Position numbers and translations under genes: made by a program | NCBI RefSeq assembly: GCF_001447785.1 | Contig: NW_015160269.1 | Coordinates: forward strand, 62,001-126,000 | Length of the DNA: 64,000 nt | Direction of reading: 5' to 3' | DNA from: Gekko japonicus | Taxonomy: Eukaryota | Shown: positions 25,475 through 38,597 of the stretch, in pieces | Position numbering within the stretch: position 1 is the stretch's first letter | Layout of the letters: each line of letters begins with the position of its first letter | The notes under the pieces: model-generated | What the model saw: only the letters and a program-made list of their open reading frames with translations | What the model was told of the DNA's origin: nothing | Databases searched by the model: none

Positions 25475-25909
25475 CTGGCAGAAGACAGGCAGAAAGAGGG
25501 AAACCAATTGATTCTAAGTATTGCCCAAGTACCAACCATTTTGGAAATGCTAATGGACATCCTGGACTGAAATAATGAAATGCCCAGCTCACACATTTGC
25601 TGGAATCTGGCACCTATAAGGGACACAAAGGCTTGGGGGTGTGACAGGCCTGACTGTATCTTCTTAGGGATTTCAGGGATTTGACACATGTGGGGGTGGG
25701 AAAACAGAAAAGATAAATTCCCTTGGCACAAAGGGAGAGGAGACCTTTCTGTAGATTTGATCTGTTTGATTATATCTGGAGGAAGGAGCTCTCACACCTT
25801 AGCACCATCTTGATGGCCACCACTGCCTTAAGGAGCATACAAAGGGCTGGCTGCCCAGACAAAGATTCTGAGGTAACAGGAAGCATCTTGCAAATTTTAA
25901 TTTCTAATA

Positions 25910-26240
25910 CCAATTTGTTTATTATGGTCAAAGACCCAAGAAATAACTACATTTCATAAGGGTCAAAGACCCAACAAATAACAACATTTCATAACTAATC
26001 TTTAATGCATCCAAATATAACCAAATGTAACCAAATATCAAAATATACAGTCCAAAATTTTAGACCTAAAATTAGTAAAATGATTAGATATTTCTGTTTA
26101 GCAGCTTTTTCCGGAGTCTTATAGCTTGAATAGTAAATGTCGCCACTTTTAAAGAAATTTCTTGGTCCCTTCTAAGTAAAAAAGCATGCCTTAGAATAAG
26201 ATCAGCTAGGGCACGTATACGGTGTAGGATAGGAGAACTG
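25910..26240 (-). mobile_element. 3' end of a non-LTR retrotransposon (clade uncertain)
   Basis: C-terminus FLLRRDQEISLKVATFTIQAIRLRKKLL* followed by a T-rich UTR with a duplicated GGTCTTTGACC hairpin and AATAAA. Confidence 0.45.
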
Positions 26241-27472
26241 CATATTTGCAGCTTTCTTTTGTATTTCTTGCTCAGTCTGTTGCTGTGCAGACAGTATGTC
26301 TGTGGAATTTTTACTCTTAAATTCTTTACTATTTTGAATGCTGGTAATTGTTGTTTGTACCACATAGATCTTCAAACGTGCTACTTAAAATGGGCTCATG
26401 TGGAAAGGAGTTGCTAAACTGCTATTTCCCTGGAAGTGTGCAGGTACAGTACTGTGGTAACCAGTTGCTGGGTAGTAGAAGACACAGGTACCAGAAGGAG
26501 CCTTAAAAAAACAATGTAAAAAAGGAAGCTGGAGGTACTGCCCCTCTTGGCTGTAAAACAATCAGTTGTTGGTGGTATACCAAAGGATAATGGTTTGGTG
26601 AGCCAGGAGAGTGGGCATGTCAGCAGGTGGAGAGGCAGGACGTTTGCAGGGCACCTAGATGCCTTGGAGGGCCAAATGGCTCTTGTGGGTCAGTGAGGTT
26701 GTTTTGCCATAATCACCTAAAATAAAAAAAATCTCCTTTTATTGAATTTTTTTTTAAAAGATACATATGCTACATTTTGATCTGGTTCCTAAATGACCAA
26801 CAGCTACCCATGCTGTTAGTCAGCAAAGATTCTAAGGACAAGAGGAATTTATTACTACATTGCTATTGTGCCTTAGGTAATGTCCGCCCTCTTGCAGGCT
26901 GGCTTTGGATGTCCACAGATGACAATAAATCTCAGATGACGAGCAATTTTTCTTCACCAATTTGCTGACCCCTGAAAAGGCCTTTTTAAAAAAAACCTTT
27001 AGAATCTACTCAGGTTATTCTGAACTGGTTTGCTCTTCCATAAATTAATGACGAATCTGACACCCCTCCCCAAACATAGTGAACTTTTGGACATTATTCT
27101 GTTTAATAAGCTCCAACATGCATATCTGTTTTTAATCCTGTGGCAAAGCTGTGCCCATTGTAATCTGATAAGGGCCCAAGTAGTTGTTAAATACTGCACA
27201 GATAATTCTGTATGTCTTCATATGGCAACTGGAAAGATCCTTGATCATGGGAAACCATTACCACATGGGTTTCATTCACACATTGTGGGATATTGTGCTT
27301 TCTTTAAGTTACAGAAATCATTTGAAACTGGATTGTCTTGTCTGCACAGGAAAATTCAGTTGCAATGACTGCTATAGTGCAATGATAATGCACCATATGC
27401 AGTGATGCAGCCTTGGTAATCACTAGGTGCCTGCCTCTTTGGGGGGCTTAGAATAACATTTTAAGTCTAGTA

Positions 27473-27826
27473 AAAGGTAAAGGTAAAGGTTCCCTTGCTC
27501 GAAAGCCAGTCGAATCCGACTCTAGGGTCGGATGCTCATCTCTGTTTCAAAGCCGAAGAGCCAGCGCTGTCCGAAGACATTTCCGTGGTCATGTGGCCAG
27601 CATGACTGAACACCAAGGCGCACAGAACGCTGTTACCTTCCCACTGAAGTGGTACCTATTTATCTACTTGCAATTTCTTGCTTTCGAACTGCTAGGTTGG
27701 CAGGAGCTGGAACTAGAGACGGGAGCTCACCCCGTCATGCGGCACACTCGGGTCTCAAACTGCTGAACTACCGACCTTCCACAGCCTGCAGTTCAGAGTC
27801 TTAACCACTTGAGCCACTGCAGCTCC
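27473..27826 (-). mobile_element. Full-length Sauria SINE
   Basis: Reverse strand: GGAGCTGCAGTGGCTCAAGTGG head, CCAGCTCCTGCCAACCTAGCAGTTCGAAAGC core and (ACCTTT)n tail. Perfect 12-bp TSD TTAAGTCTAGTA. Confidence 0.93.
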
Positions 27827-30592
27827 TTAAGTCTAGTACTAATCTTTAAAAACTGGACAGTCAGAGAGATGAGAACTTGCCCAAGTAAATAAGTGTTTAG
27901 GTGTATAACGTTTGTGGCGAACCAGTTCAGCCATTATTGAGAGAGTTGGTTTTTTGTTTTGGCAGAGCAGGCTGTACCATTAGGCCAACTAAGGCAGTTG
28001 ACTCAAGCACTGGATTTGAGGGGAAGTAGTATCCTTCTTTCCCATCTGCTCATCAATAACTACTGCCTTGCGTGCTCACCTGTATCCTCTGCTGCAGCCT
28101 GCCCTTCCCATCCTCTGTGCCACCATCGCCACAACCTTTGTGTCCAATCAAGATCCAGAGAAACAAATCCTCATAGTCCTCAGTCCTCCTATAGTCTTTG
28201 AAAACAACACACCAAGGCTTCCTTCTTTCCTCTTGTGAGAGTTTGATTATCATTTTGGTTGCTTCAGCAACTCTGGTAAATCAGCAGGATTACCAGACCA
28301 ACCAAAATAATGACCAAACTCTTGTGAGAGAACAGAATCTTATCCCTGTAGGGCATGCATGGCTTCCATTGCTGCTTTTAAAGAGGGCTGAGGGGAGCAA
28401 GGAAGATTAGTTCCTCTGATTCTTGGGCAGAGGAGGGAACTAGAACAGCCTCAGGCAGCAAATTGTGTTGAATCAGCACGAGAGACCTCTTTAATTCAAG
28501 TCTCATCTCTGCTTAAGGTTGCCAGGTCCTTCCTAGTCCCCAGTAGGGGACTTTGGGGAGTGTTTTTGGAGGGGGCGGGGACATCCCCAACATGATGGCA
28601 TCATGCAGAAGTGATGTCATCATCACATTGGGGACCGGTGCCCCACACACCTGTACTCCAAGTCGCGAATTCACCAGTTGTTCACCCCCCTTCTTGCCAA
28701 AAGCATTTAAAGGGTCTCTTTAAATGCTTTTTGCAAGAAACGGGGGTGGTGGTGGTGGTGCCTGAACTCCAAGTGGTGAATTCACCACTTGGAGTTCAAG
28801 TGTGTGGCCAGCAGCCACCCATCTCCCTTCCCTCCTGCAAGATTTAAAAAGCCCTGCAGCTGACTGGCAGGCCATGTGCTCCTGCCAATCAGCTGGAGGG
28901 CCCTTTAAATCTCACAGGAAGGGAGGAAGAGTGGTGGCTGCTGGTGGCTGCTGTTGGGGGCAGGGCTTAGGGGTGGGGCTTGGGGTGGATCCCCGATTTC
29001 ACAGGAGTCTTTTTGTCAGGATTTTTCCTACCTTTTGATTCTGAGTATGTTTTGGCAGATTTTATTGACTGTTTTGTTGGCCTCCAGAAGAAGTTGAATC
29101 TTCCCTTTGCCTGATTAATTATTGTTAATCAAGGTCACCATTGATAATAAAGGAATGTTTTGCCTGACTTGCTGAACCTGTAAGTGGAGCCTGAAGCTGT
29201 GCATCCTGGCAGAGAACCCAGAGCCTGGACAACACAATGACAAATCACTGTCTCCCTGCCTCAGTTCCCTAACCTATAAAGTGAGACTAAAATGGGGAAT
29301 TGCAGAACAACCATGGTCTAGTGCTTGGACTAGGATCTGGGAGACGGTGACCCATGTGCAAATCCACATTCTACACTGGATGCCCACTGCATGTCCCTGC
29401 ACCTTCTCTCCCAGCCTAACCTACCTCATAGTTCTTTTGTTGTGAGGACAAAATGGAGGAGGGGAAAACAGTGTTGCAAACTATTTCAGGTCCCCACAAG
29501 GGAGAAAAGATCTAAATCAATAGAGATCTAAACAAATGAAAAAAAGAATAATGAGCTACCTCACAAAGCATTTGAGAGGGAAAATATTGCAAAGCGGTTT
29601 GCCAGAAACAGTATTAGTAATGTGGTAGAAAATCCAAGCCATTAAAGATTGCCAGAGCTTTTATAACTTAAATTTTAATATTCAAATTAAAATTTAAATG
29701 CTGTTATACCTCTGAAGCATCATGTACATCATTATGACATATACTAAAATTACTGAATTGTGTTGTTGTTGAAGTTGTATGTACAAGGATACACACACAC
29801 ACAATTGTGGCCAAATAGCTGTGAAGGGTGATATTGCTAAACAAACAAATGTAGATTGTACAACCGACCACAATTAGCATAAGCTGTGAGTATTAAATCA
29901 GCTACAAACCCTACCATAAAACCCTGTTTTGGTGCTACCAACAAGTCCTAGTTTGTTCTGTGTTAGATGTTACAGCTAACTGGGGTTTGATCAAACCAAA
30001 GTTTATTATGACATCTGAATGTAACTATTATGTATACTGAAAAAGTTACTGCCGGGATCCCCAATGTGGTATCTGTGGGCACAATGGCACCAGCCAACAC
30101 CCTTCCTGGTACCCACCAAGTCTTTTTAGCAAGTGGGTGAGGTCAGGTGGGGCTTTTGCCCAGGAAAGTTGTTGATTGGCCTTATGATATTTGATTGGCT
30201 GTGCAGATTTTTAAAAAGGTTTAAAAGCTGCCACCACAGTAGAAGTATGACTGAAGGTAAGCTGCAGCAGCCAATTCATGGCTTACTCTGTCTTCTGCAG
30301 CAGCTATTTTTGGGCAGCCAGTTTGTGCTTGTGCCCACCATGCTGTGTCAGAATTCTAGAAGTGCCCACAGGCTCAAAAAGGTTGGGGACCCCTGAGCTA
30401 CTGCATCACATTTTTCATTACAATGGATCTTTGTTTCATCAACAACTACGATGATGAACAACTTCACTCTAAGTCTGGTGGGTCATCAAAATACATGTCC
30501 AGAGATTTCAATACAACTTTCAAACAAATTTTAAGAAGCAAGGAAGAAAGACCTTGAACAGATTTTTTAAAGTATTAATTTAATTAATTTAA

Positions 30593-30878
30593 GAGAGCCA
30601 GTTTGGTGTAGTGGTTAAGTGTGCGGACTCTAATCTGGAGGAACCGGGTCTGATTCCCCACTCCTCCACTTGCACCTGGCTGGATGACCTTGGGCAAGCC
30701 GTAGTTCTGATAAGAGCTGTTCTTGAAAGAGAGCAGTTTCTGTCAAGAGCTCTCTCAGCCACACCTACCTCACAGGGTGTCTGTTGTGGGGAGGGGAAGG
30801 GAAAGGAGTTTGTAAGCCACTCTGAGACACCTTTGGGTAGTGAAGGGTGGGGTATAAATCCAATCTCTTCTTCTTCTT
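30593..30878 (+). mobile_element. Full-length Squam3-like SINE
   Basis: GAGAGCCAGTTTGGTGTAGTGGTTAAG head, box B, MIR core, L2-type 3' end and (CTT)n tail. Confidence 0.85.
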
Positions 30879-33577
30879 AATTTGACAGCTTTTAGCCAGA
30901 CTAGCTCGGTAATATGATGAGAGAAAAAAATAAATAAAAAAATAAAGAAGAAACCAGTCTCACGCCAACACTGTTATATCGTTTCTGAAGTGAAACTGTA
31001 AGTGGTATCATTGTGTTGGGGTGACACTCTAAGCCACATAGAATCCTAGAGTATTGTCCTGACACCATGATGTCACTTTCAGGCTTGTGCCGGAAGTGAC
31101 ATAACAGCATTGGTGTTGATGCCAGTTATGTTTTCCTTGCTCCTAACTCTCCCACTGGATATTTATTTATTTCATTTGATTTATAGACCGCACTCCCCCT
31201 ATATGTAGGGCTCGGGGCGATGAACAACATTTCAATAAATATATTTCAGAAAACCAGGTTTCAATAAATAAATACATTTACAGTCAACTTAAAACAGTTA
31301 AAACAACGACAAGCTCTAAGATTATTTCAGGTGGTGTTTAAAGGACCAGTTTCTGTCCTTGTCCCATGGGGGTAGGGGTTACAGGAAAGATGGGGGAGGC
31401 CAGGCTCAGTGGAAGGCCATGCCAGTTCTTAAGTTCTCCTTTAAAAAAAATTATTTTCTCAGTTCTTTTTTTGACTCACTTGCTACATCGATATTCTAAC
31501 ATTAATTAGGAACAGTCCTTCAACTTAGGTTTTCTTTTACTCTCAAAAAGATTTACTTTAATTAGAACCCATATTCTTCCCATTTTTTAAAATTTAGTGT
31601 GCCAAATTATTTTGTGCGTGGGCAAACCTTGGAAACAGTCATGTAGGCATTTGTATGATTTCCACAAACCTCCATTTCATATAAATTTACACTTGTGATT
31701 TATGCATGTTTGCATACATCTAAATGTCACGGTTTTACATATTCATACTTTGCTCACAGAGATCCAAAACACATGTTGGCTCTACAAAACCAGTATCTGG
31801 AACAGCATGTTTGCTTTTTAGGCCCAGGTTGCACTCTACAGCAAACATGCCAAGACCAAGTGATGGTTTCATGCTGCATCAGGACACTTGTCAGCTAAAA
31901 AGCAGTATATTAAACTCTTTCCTCTTCCAAGCAAAAGTTTCTACACTGATTCAGCCCAGCTCTACACTTCAGTAGACAGCAGACCATTTATTTATTTATT
32001 TATTTACAGAATGTATAAGGAAGGAGACCTCCTGCCCTGCTGTCCCAGTTGTCCACTGCCACTTGGCAGAGCAGTAAGGGGAAAACAGTGGTGGTGAAGG
32101 GGAACAGCATCAGACTGACATAGCAGTGTGACTTCTAATATGAACTGAGAAGTGACAGCATCATATTAGCATGATGTTCCAGGCTTACACCAAAATACAA
32201 TGGTAAAACCATAGAGTTTGGGTGGAATCACTTTTATGTTCATGCCAGAATATGCTGTGACAGCATCAGCTCAATGCCACTTTCATTGTCCCTGCACCCC
32301 AGAGGCTCCTGCTAGAGGGCTGGCAACCCGAAGTTTCCTTGTGTCAGACTGGGAGACGTGAATCCTTCATTCTCCCCTTTTTATCTCTTCTATCTCTTCT
32401 CCTATTTATTTTCACCTCCAGGTGAGGAACTATCTCCCCTTCTCCTTTTTACTGCTGGTGAATCTATTGTGGTGAAGTAATTTAAAGCAAACACAATCCT
32501 CAATAAGCACAAATGGGTGACCCACTAGTGCCACCACCACAGCAACAATCTTTTCATCCTCTCTATCCCCCCCAGTGTTTAGCACACCCCAAACCAGGCT
32601 GGAGAAGTGGTGTGTGGTAGAGGGTAAAGCATTTACAGAAAGAGGGAAGCAAAATGAAAAAAGCAATGTAAATAGTGACAAAGAAAGAATAGAAAGGAGA
32701 GAATGTGAATGGAATAGAGGAGGATGAAGGAGGAGGGCATTTTAAAATGGGATAGGAAGGAATGTGGAATGATCTGAAAGGGTGGCAGGCAAATGGGCAC
32801 CAGGAAACACATCGGAAGGCAAAATGACACCCATGGCTGCCACCCTGGGGTTACTGATTTAGACCAGAGGCTGAGGCAGACGGGAACTGAATTATTGGGT
32901 TCTTCTCACCAGTGCACTCTGCTGGAGATCATTATATATGCTCCCAGAGCAGAATGTCACAACAAAGAACTGGAGAATTAGTCACTGCAGTCTGTTACAG
33001 TTATTATAACTTTCGGTCCTTGTTAAACAATTCTTTGTTGTAAGTTTGCATTGTATAAGGCATAATCTTTATAGAATTATAATTTCAAAGGCATGGTTCT
33101 ATAATTGAAGTAGACACACTACTGAGCCTCTAATAGATAAGCAATTCAACTGCTTTTAATAACCGACTAGCTGGGTTCTAAGTGTGATGGGCATCAAAGG
33201 AGTGCCATTGTGTACTTTACAGGCCTCTCTGGACCTTTTGGCTGCCATACACAGAAACAACCTTTGACTTTTGTATCTCACCCTATGTTGCTAAGTAAAT
33301 GTTTGTTACATTCATATCAATAAATACACTACTATCCAGCTTCTGATTTCTAATAAAACATCAGTGTAAGAATTTAGCCTTTAAATCAATGCCCTACACT
33401 AACAGTCTTCCCACATATTTTAACTAGATTAGAAGCATTTTAGTTCAATTTGACTAATGATTCCCTGCAGGTGCAGTCACCTGCAAGTTTAAAGCTATGC
33501 AAAAAGTAAATCTGGTAATAATTCATAATAATTTTTTATACTCTAGTGCTTATTATGTGATGATTTTTATAAATCAG

Positions 33578-33699
33578 TGGGAAATAAGTATGCCTCACAT
33601 GACAATAGGCTCAGCTTTAACACGATTTGCCTCAAAGGAATTTCTTTTTGAGCAAAAGGAAATTCTGAAGAAATACTTTTCAGTGCACGTTCCAGCACG
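33578..33699 (+). CDS. Candidate exon 4 (WEISMPHMTIGSALTRFASKEFLFEQKEILKKYFSVHVPAR); may start at 33547
   Basis: Acceptor tttttataaatcag| (phase 0) or attttttatactctag| at 33546 (phase 2). Donor ACG|GTAAGC, ending in phase 2. Lies within ORF 33497..33703. Confidence 0.65.
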
Positions 33700-33951
33700 G
33701 TAAGCATGAAGCTAAACACTCAGGTGGCCTATTTTCTGAAGAAAAAGGAGGGGAATAAAATCTTTCCTCAAAGAATTATCTTGGTATTTCTAGTCATGTG
33801 GGTTTTTGAGCTGAAGTATAAAGAGTTCTTGCAGAGTTAATGCTCCCAGTTTTGAATAGCTTTTATACATTTTGGGAGTTTTATCAGTTCCACCCTCTTT
33901 GATAACATCTCCTTTATTTGCTTTTCATCACATACTTTGATACGATTTCAG

Positions 33952-34022
33952 GCACATGAAGAAACTTAGGCTCAACGAAACAGAATTTTTTCTTCAACAG
34001 AACTTTCACTTCAGGTTGTTTG
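33952..34022 (+). CDS. Candidate exon 5 (HMKKLRLNETEFFLQQNFHFRLF)
   Basis: Acceptor gatttcag|G, donor TTG|GTAAGT. 71 nt. Only the phase-2 frame is open, matching exon 4. Confidence 0.65.
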
Positions 34023-35802
34023 GTAAGTCTCTTCGGTCATTCCATCTTTTTTTTTTTTTTTTGCTTCCTTTGTCTGTTTTGACTAGTAAATGCTTGGATT
34101 GCCAAATCCAACCCCACTCAAATATGTAATATATACATTTGTATACCTATGCAGATAATTGTAAAATGATACATCAAAAGTCCAGATTGCTGTGTACTTC
34201 TTTCAGCTGGGAAATTTATGTCCTCATATCTATATTTTTACTCCACGATTTGACAAAGAAACTCAGGGCAGGATACATGTTTCTCTCCTCCTCCATTTTA
34301 TCCTCACTACTACCATGTGAGGTAGGCTAGGCTGGCACACCCAGTGAATTTCTTGGCTGACCTTCCTAGTTATGGTTTGACATTGTATCCACTGTATTGC
34401 TGGCTCTCTCATTTTTACTTTTCTTTCTCGAAAAGCTTTCTACCCTTCCTTCCCTCTACTGAAAGATAACAATTGTCAACTAGTCATAAAAATTATTAAA
34501 GCCAAGCTCTGCCAGTACTTCCAGAAAATTCTGAAAACTCNNNNNNNNNNNNNNNNNNNNNNNNNNNNNNNNNNNNNNNNNNNNTCCTGAGAACACAGTC
34601 CTAAAGTCTGATTCCAAGCCATGTTTCTGACAATAACTACATTAGACAGAAATCTGCAGCCTACTAAATGGCAACCCTTTGCTTCTATTAACACAATAAG
34701 ACCTCCTCTGAAAGAGTGGCCATTTCCTTTTCCCCATTGACCAAACTGTTCATGCATTATACCAACTAACACATCTCCCCATTATGGTGATTTCTCTGAG
34801 CACCAAATAATAGTAATACTATATTAACTGTCAATTTATGCTGAAACCTTCTGACAAAGGTTTTGGCTTTATTATCTCATTACTTTTTGCCAGCCCATCA
34901 ACTAATGACCTCCAAAATAAATCCAGCAACATAAGCAGGGCTTTAAATCTGTGAGACCGAACTATGGTTTTCCCTTGCCTGCATTTAGATCTGTTTATGG
35001 TTTAGGGCAGAACCGGACAGATTAATTCTAGTACATCGAACATCAGTCAAAGAGGTGACAGACTCCACACCAGAGCCTGTGCACTCCTGTTTAACATTTA
35101 GCCTGTACTTATCAGAACTACCTGAGAGCAACATGTGACTTAGATGAGGAGGCATGCTACAGCTGAACTAGGTGAAACCTTATTGGCATCTTGAGTCAGC
35201 TGACCTGAGGTTCTAAAGTATAGTTCAATGAAATCAACAAGATAGTGATTCCTATCAGATTTTGCCATAGGGTAAATAAATCTGACACCAAATGTGGGCA
35301 ACAAAAGGGCTTCGGTTGCTGCTACAGAGAATGCTCTAATGTAAGTTAGTATGCTCAGTAGTGTTAAATTGGATGGGGAAGCTGCTTCTGTTGCTACATT
35401 GGTTGGATACACTTAAAGGGCTAACTACACATTTCCTGTAAAACCACATAACAAAGCCCCAAAAAGAAAAGCACCTTTGGTTGGGGAAATTTAGAGGGAA
35501 TAAGCACATAGATTGGGAGGGCGGCTTGATTCTTTCCCTTACTGCCACTTTGCTTGAGATCATGCCATAGTACTCTCCACCCCCAGGGTTTTCCAATGTA
35601 TCCTTGCACTTACAGCATGTATTTGAGTTAATCATACAAGAAGTACCTGACTGTGTACTAAGATGTGCAGCATCCAAGTCAATTCAAAGCTGCACCTTCA
35701 CTATGTGCAGTAAACTGGCCTTCATTCCTTTGCCTGTGTGAGCATCTAAATAGATCCCGAAGAAACTCATATCATCTGTGCTCCCTTGCCTTTTCTTTCT
35801 AG

Positions 35803-35867
35803 ACAGCCTTGGGCTGTCCATTAATTCTGCTAAGGTTAAATGGATGCAAAAGTGGGACAGCACAATG
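35803..35867 (+). CDS. Candidate exon 6 (DSLGLSINSAKVKWMQKWDSTM)
   Basis: Strong acceptor cccttgccttttctttctag|, donor ATG|GTGAAT. 65 nt, phase 1 to 0. Confidence 0.55.
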
Positions 35868-35928
35868 GTGAATATGCCTCCTTCAAGTGTTTATAATGCT
35901 AGCTGTGTTGTCCAAAGGGTGATTTATT

Positions 35929-36523
35929 TATTTTATTTATTTATTTCTTCGACTTGCTACCTCGCTCTAGCCCCCGAAGGGGTCTCTGAGCAGCTACAGA
36001 TATTCATTATCCTTAATCTATGGCCACAATTCTTAGGGGTGGGGACATCCCTACCAGCACCCAGTGGAGGGGGGGGTTTCCTTTTCTCGGGTCGGCTCCG
36101 TCGTCTTCAGCTTCGGCTTCTGGCTCCTTTTTCTGGCGATCTTTTTTCAGCGGTGGATTGGTTGGCCCTTCTGCCACGCGGCATGCTCGGCGCGGCCATG
36201 GCTCTGTCCTCGCGGCTCCGCCCTGCCTGCGCCGCCACGCTCGTGCGTCGTCCCGGCTCCGCCTTCTCCACCGCCGTCTGGTTTCGCCACCGATGTATCC
36301 GGACATTTTCACTGCTCGCTGCTTCCGCTGTCCGCCGAGCTCCGACCCTCCAACGACCCCCACGATGGGGGAGGGTGCCCCCTACCATCTAAGGTAGGTT
36401 CCCATTTATCTACTTGCGCTTATTTTGATATTAATGGCACTTTCGAACCGCTGGGTTAGCGGGAGCTGGGACGAGGGCCAGGTGCTCAATCTGACCGCGG
36501 TGGGTATCGAACAGCTGAACAGC
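35929..36523 (-). mobile_element. Chimeric SINE-like retroposon: Sauria-SINE core, CpG-rich body and L2-type tail
   Basis: Flanking TGATTTATT repeats (35920-35928, 36524-36532). Segment ~36390-36475 matches the Sauria core seen at 51480-51560. The 3' end reads TGTAGCTGCTCAGAG..GGGGGCTAGAGCGAGGTA..(AAAT)n. Confidence 0.75.
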
Positions 36524-38179
36524 TGATTTATTCTCAACATTACCTTTTATTTTATTTTTTATTCAGCCTGGTGTGGTGCCCATTCCTTTGGCATTTTAAA
36601 TGTAAACGTAATCTGGAATATATTGCCTTATTCTGAACATCTGTAACCTCTATTGATTGACTCAAGTGGAAACTTAGAATTAAAGGTCTTTATTATTGAT
36701 GACTAAAGATTACTGCTTTGCAGTTTTCGTCCCAAGGAGGATATCCATCATTTTCTCCAAAGCACCTATCCATAATTCCTCTTTTTTCCTGAGCCTAGCA
36801 AACATATACTCATTTAAAGCAATCCAAATAGTTTAACACTAACCCAGAAACAGCCAGCCTTCCCTTTTATCATTTCAGGAAGCTAAATATAACTAGTTTG
36901 CTTCAGCATCTATTCATAGCAGGCTAGTTTACATTCATTGTTGGAAACAGGATGATTCTGAAGGGCTTGGGAAGCTGTGTGATAAGCAACCTTCTGAGAA
37001 CCCAACAGTCACAGTTTTACTTCCATTTCAGATACTCTCAGTCTTAGTAGGCTACTGAGGGGATCTCCAACCTTGTAGAGGCTGTGAATACTTTTGCATT
37101 AGGTCTCTAATTTTGAAAACAGGTAGGTGGGCAGCACCGCAGAATGGTTGCTGGGGGTGCAGCTAACCACAAAAAGGCTGTCATGAAGGCTGAAGCCAAT
37201 CCCAAAATGCTGAGAGGCATAACGGGTGCTTGCTGCAGACACAAGGGTGATGGCTCCAGGGCTCTTTTGAAACATCTGCTCCAGTCAGGTGGGGAAAGCT
37301 CAAGTTGCCTCTTTGCCTTGGAGGAGAAGGAAGTGGGCATCAGAAAACACATGGGTGTTACAGATTACTGATCTGCTGTATATTTTAAACTTCATGTAAC
37401 GAATCAGGGCAGCTTTCCCTCTGTTGTGCAGCAAGGAAACTACCACCAAGCTTTGAGCCATTAAAGTGGTTTAACTGCCAAACTATACATTATGAAGGAG
37501 ACACAGAGTTTCCAATTTTTCTTTTGTAGTGTTACTCTGACAATGGCAAAAGGCCATTTTCAGGGAAAATTCGGATAAGGAGGGACTGTTTAACCATTTC
37601 CCACAATGATTTTACCCTACAAACACCTTCCCACATTATTTTAAAAGCTTCCCCCCCAGCTAGGCTGTGAAAATGGGTACAGCTACAGGGTGTGTGTTTG
37701 TGTGTGTGAGGGGACATTTGAAAGGGAGGATCAATGGGGGCAGGAGGGGTTAAAGCAATACAATAGTGTCTTGTTTGGCCATAACAATATGTCAGAATTG
37801 TCAAGTCTTGCAGGACCAATATGGGAGGAAAGGTACTACCTCCTGAAAGGAATGGCCTGGCACAGGTTTCCATGCTATTTTACCATGTGAAGGAGGATCT
37901 TTATTTATCTGCTCTTTGAATCCTAGTATGTCTTACATGCTTTGTTTATGTTTGCCTTCATGACCTGGAGGTCAGGATGAGAAAGTATCACAAGGCTGAC
38001 TCTGAAGGCTGATTCACATTACAAAACCCTTGTGTCCATTATGTGGCTGCCACAGGTCTTGTACATCACATGTTCTTTAGGAGTTTTGTGCTCAAGAACT
38101 TTTTTAAAAATCTATTTTTTAACATTTATCTTTTATTTATGTGATATAACAACAATTTACAGTAGCACATACTATTAGG

Positions 38180-38597
38180 AAGCGATGGGCATGAACTGGG
38201 AAAATATAGTTCAGTTCATGGTTTGTCGCATGCCTTTTTGGCAAACCATGAACTTTCACAAACTTTTAAGGGCTAAACAAACCAGTTAGGTTTGTGTGGT
38301 CCATGATATGGTAGAAACCCCCCCCCCAGCATGCTAGACACATCAAACTCACAGGAGATCTCTGGCTGACTATTCTTTACCTCTTCTCCAAGTTTGGTGA
38401 GGATTGGATTTATGGGGTCCGAATTACACCCCCCCAAAAAAAGGTGCCCCATACTAATTGTTTCCAAAGGAGGAAAAACAACAGCAGCAGCAAAGCAAGA
38501 GCAAAAGAAGCCCAGCAGAACAGAATCAAAGTCCTTGAGAATCTCTGCAGTAAAAACTGAAGGTGTGTGTGTGGGGGAATTGAAAACAAATGAGCCA
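38180..38597. mobile_element. Terminal fragment of the TAGGGATGGGCA hAT family
   Basis: gatgggcatgaac terminus. Subterminal ccccccagcatgctagaca..caaact motifs are shared in reverse complement with 11930-12096 and 62830-62970. Confidence 0.65.

Noticed and set aside
30593-30670. tRNA gene
   Set aside because: The A/B boxes are the head of a SINE that continues into a MIR core and tail. The same applies at 4666 and 51380.
35778-36459. 204-aa ORF and overlapping ORFs
   Set aside because: Only 35803-35867 looks exonic. The rest reads through an (ATTT)n tail and the GC-rich retroposon.
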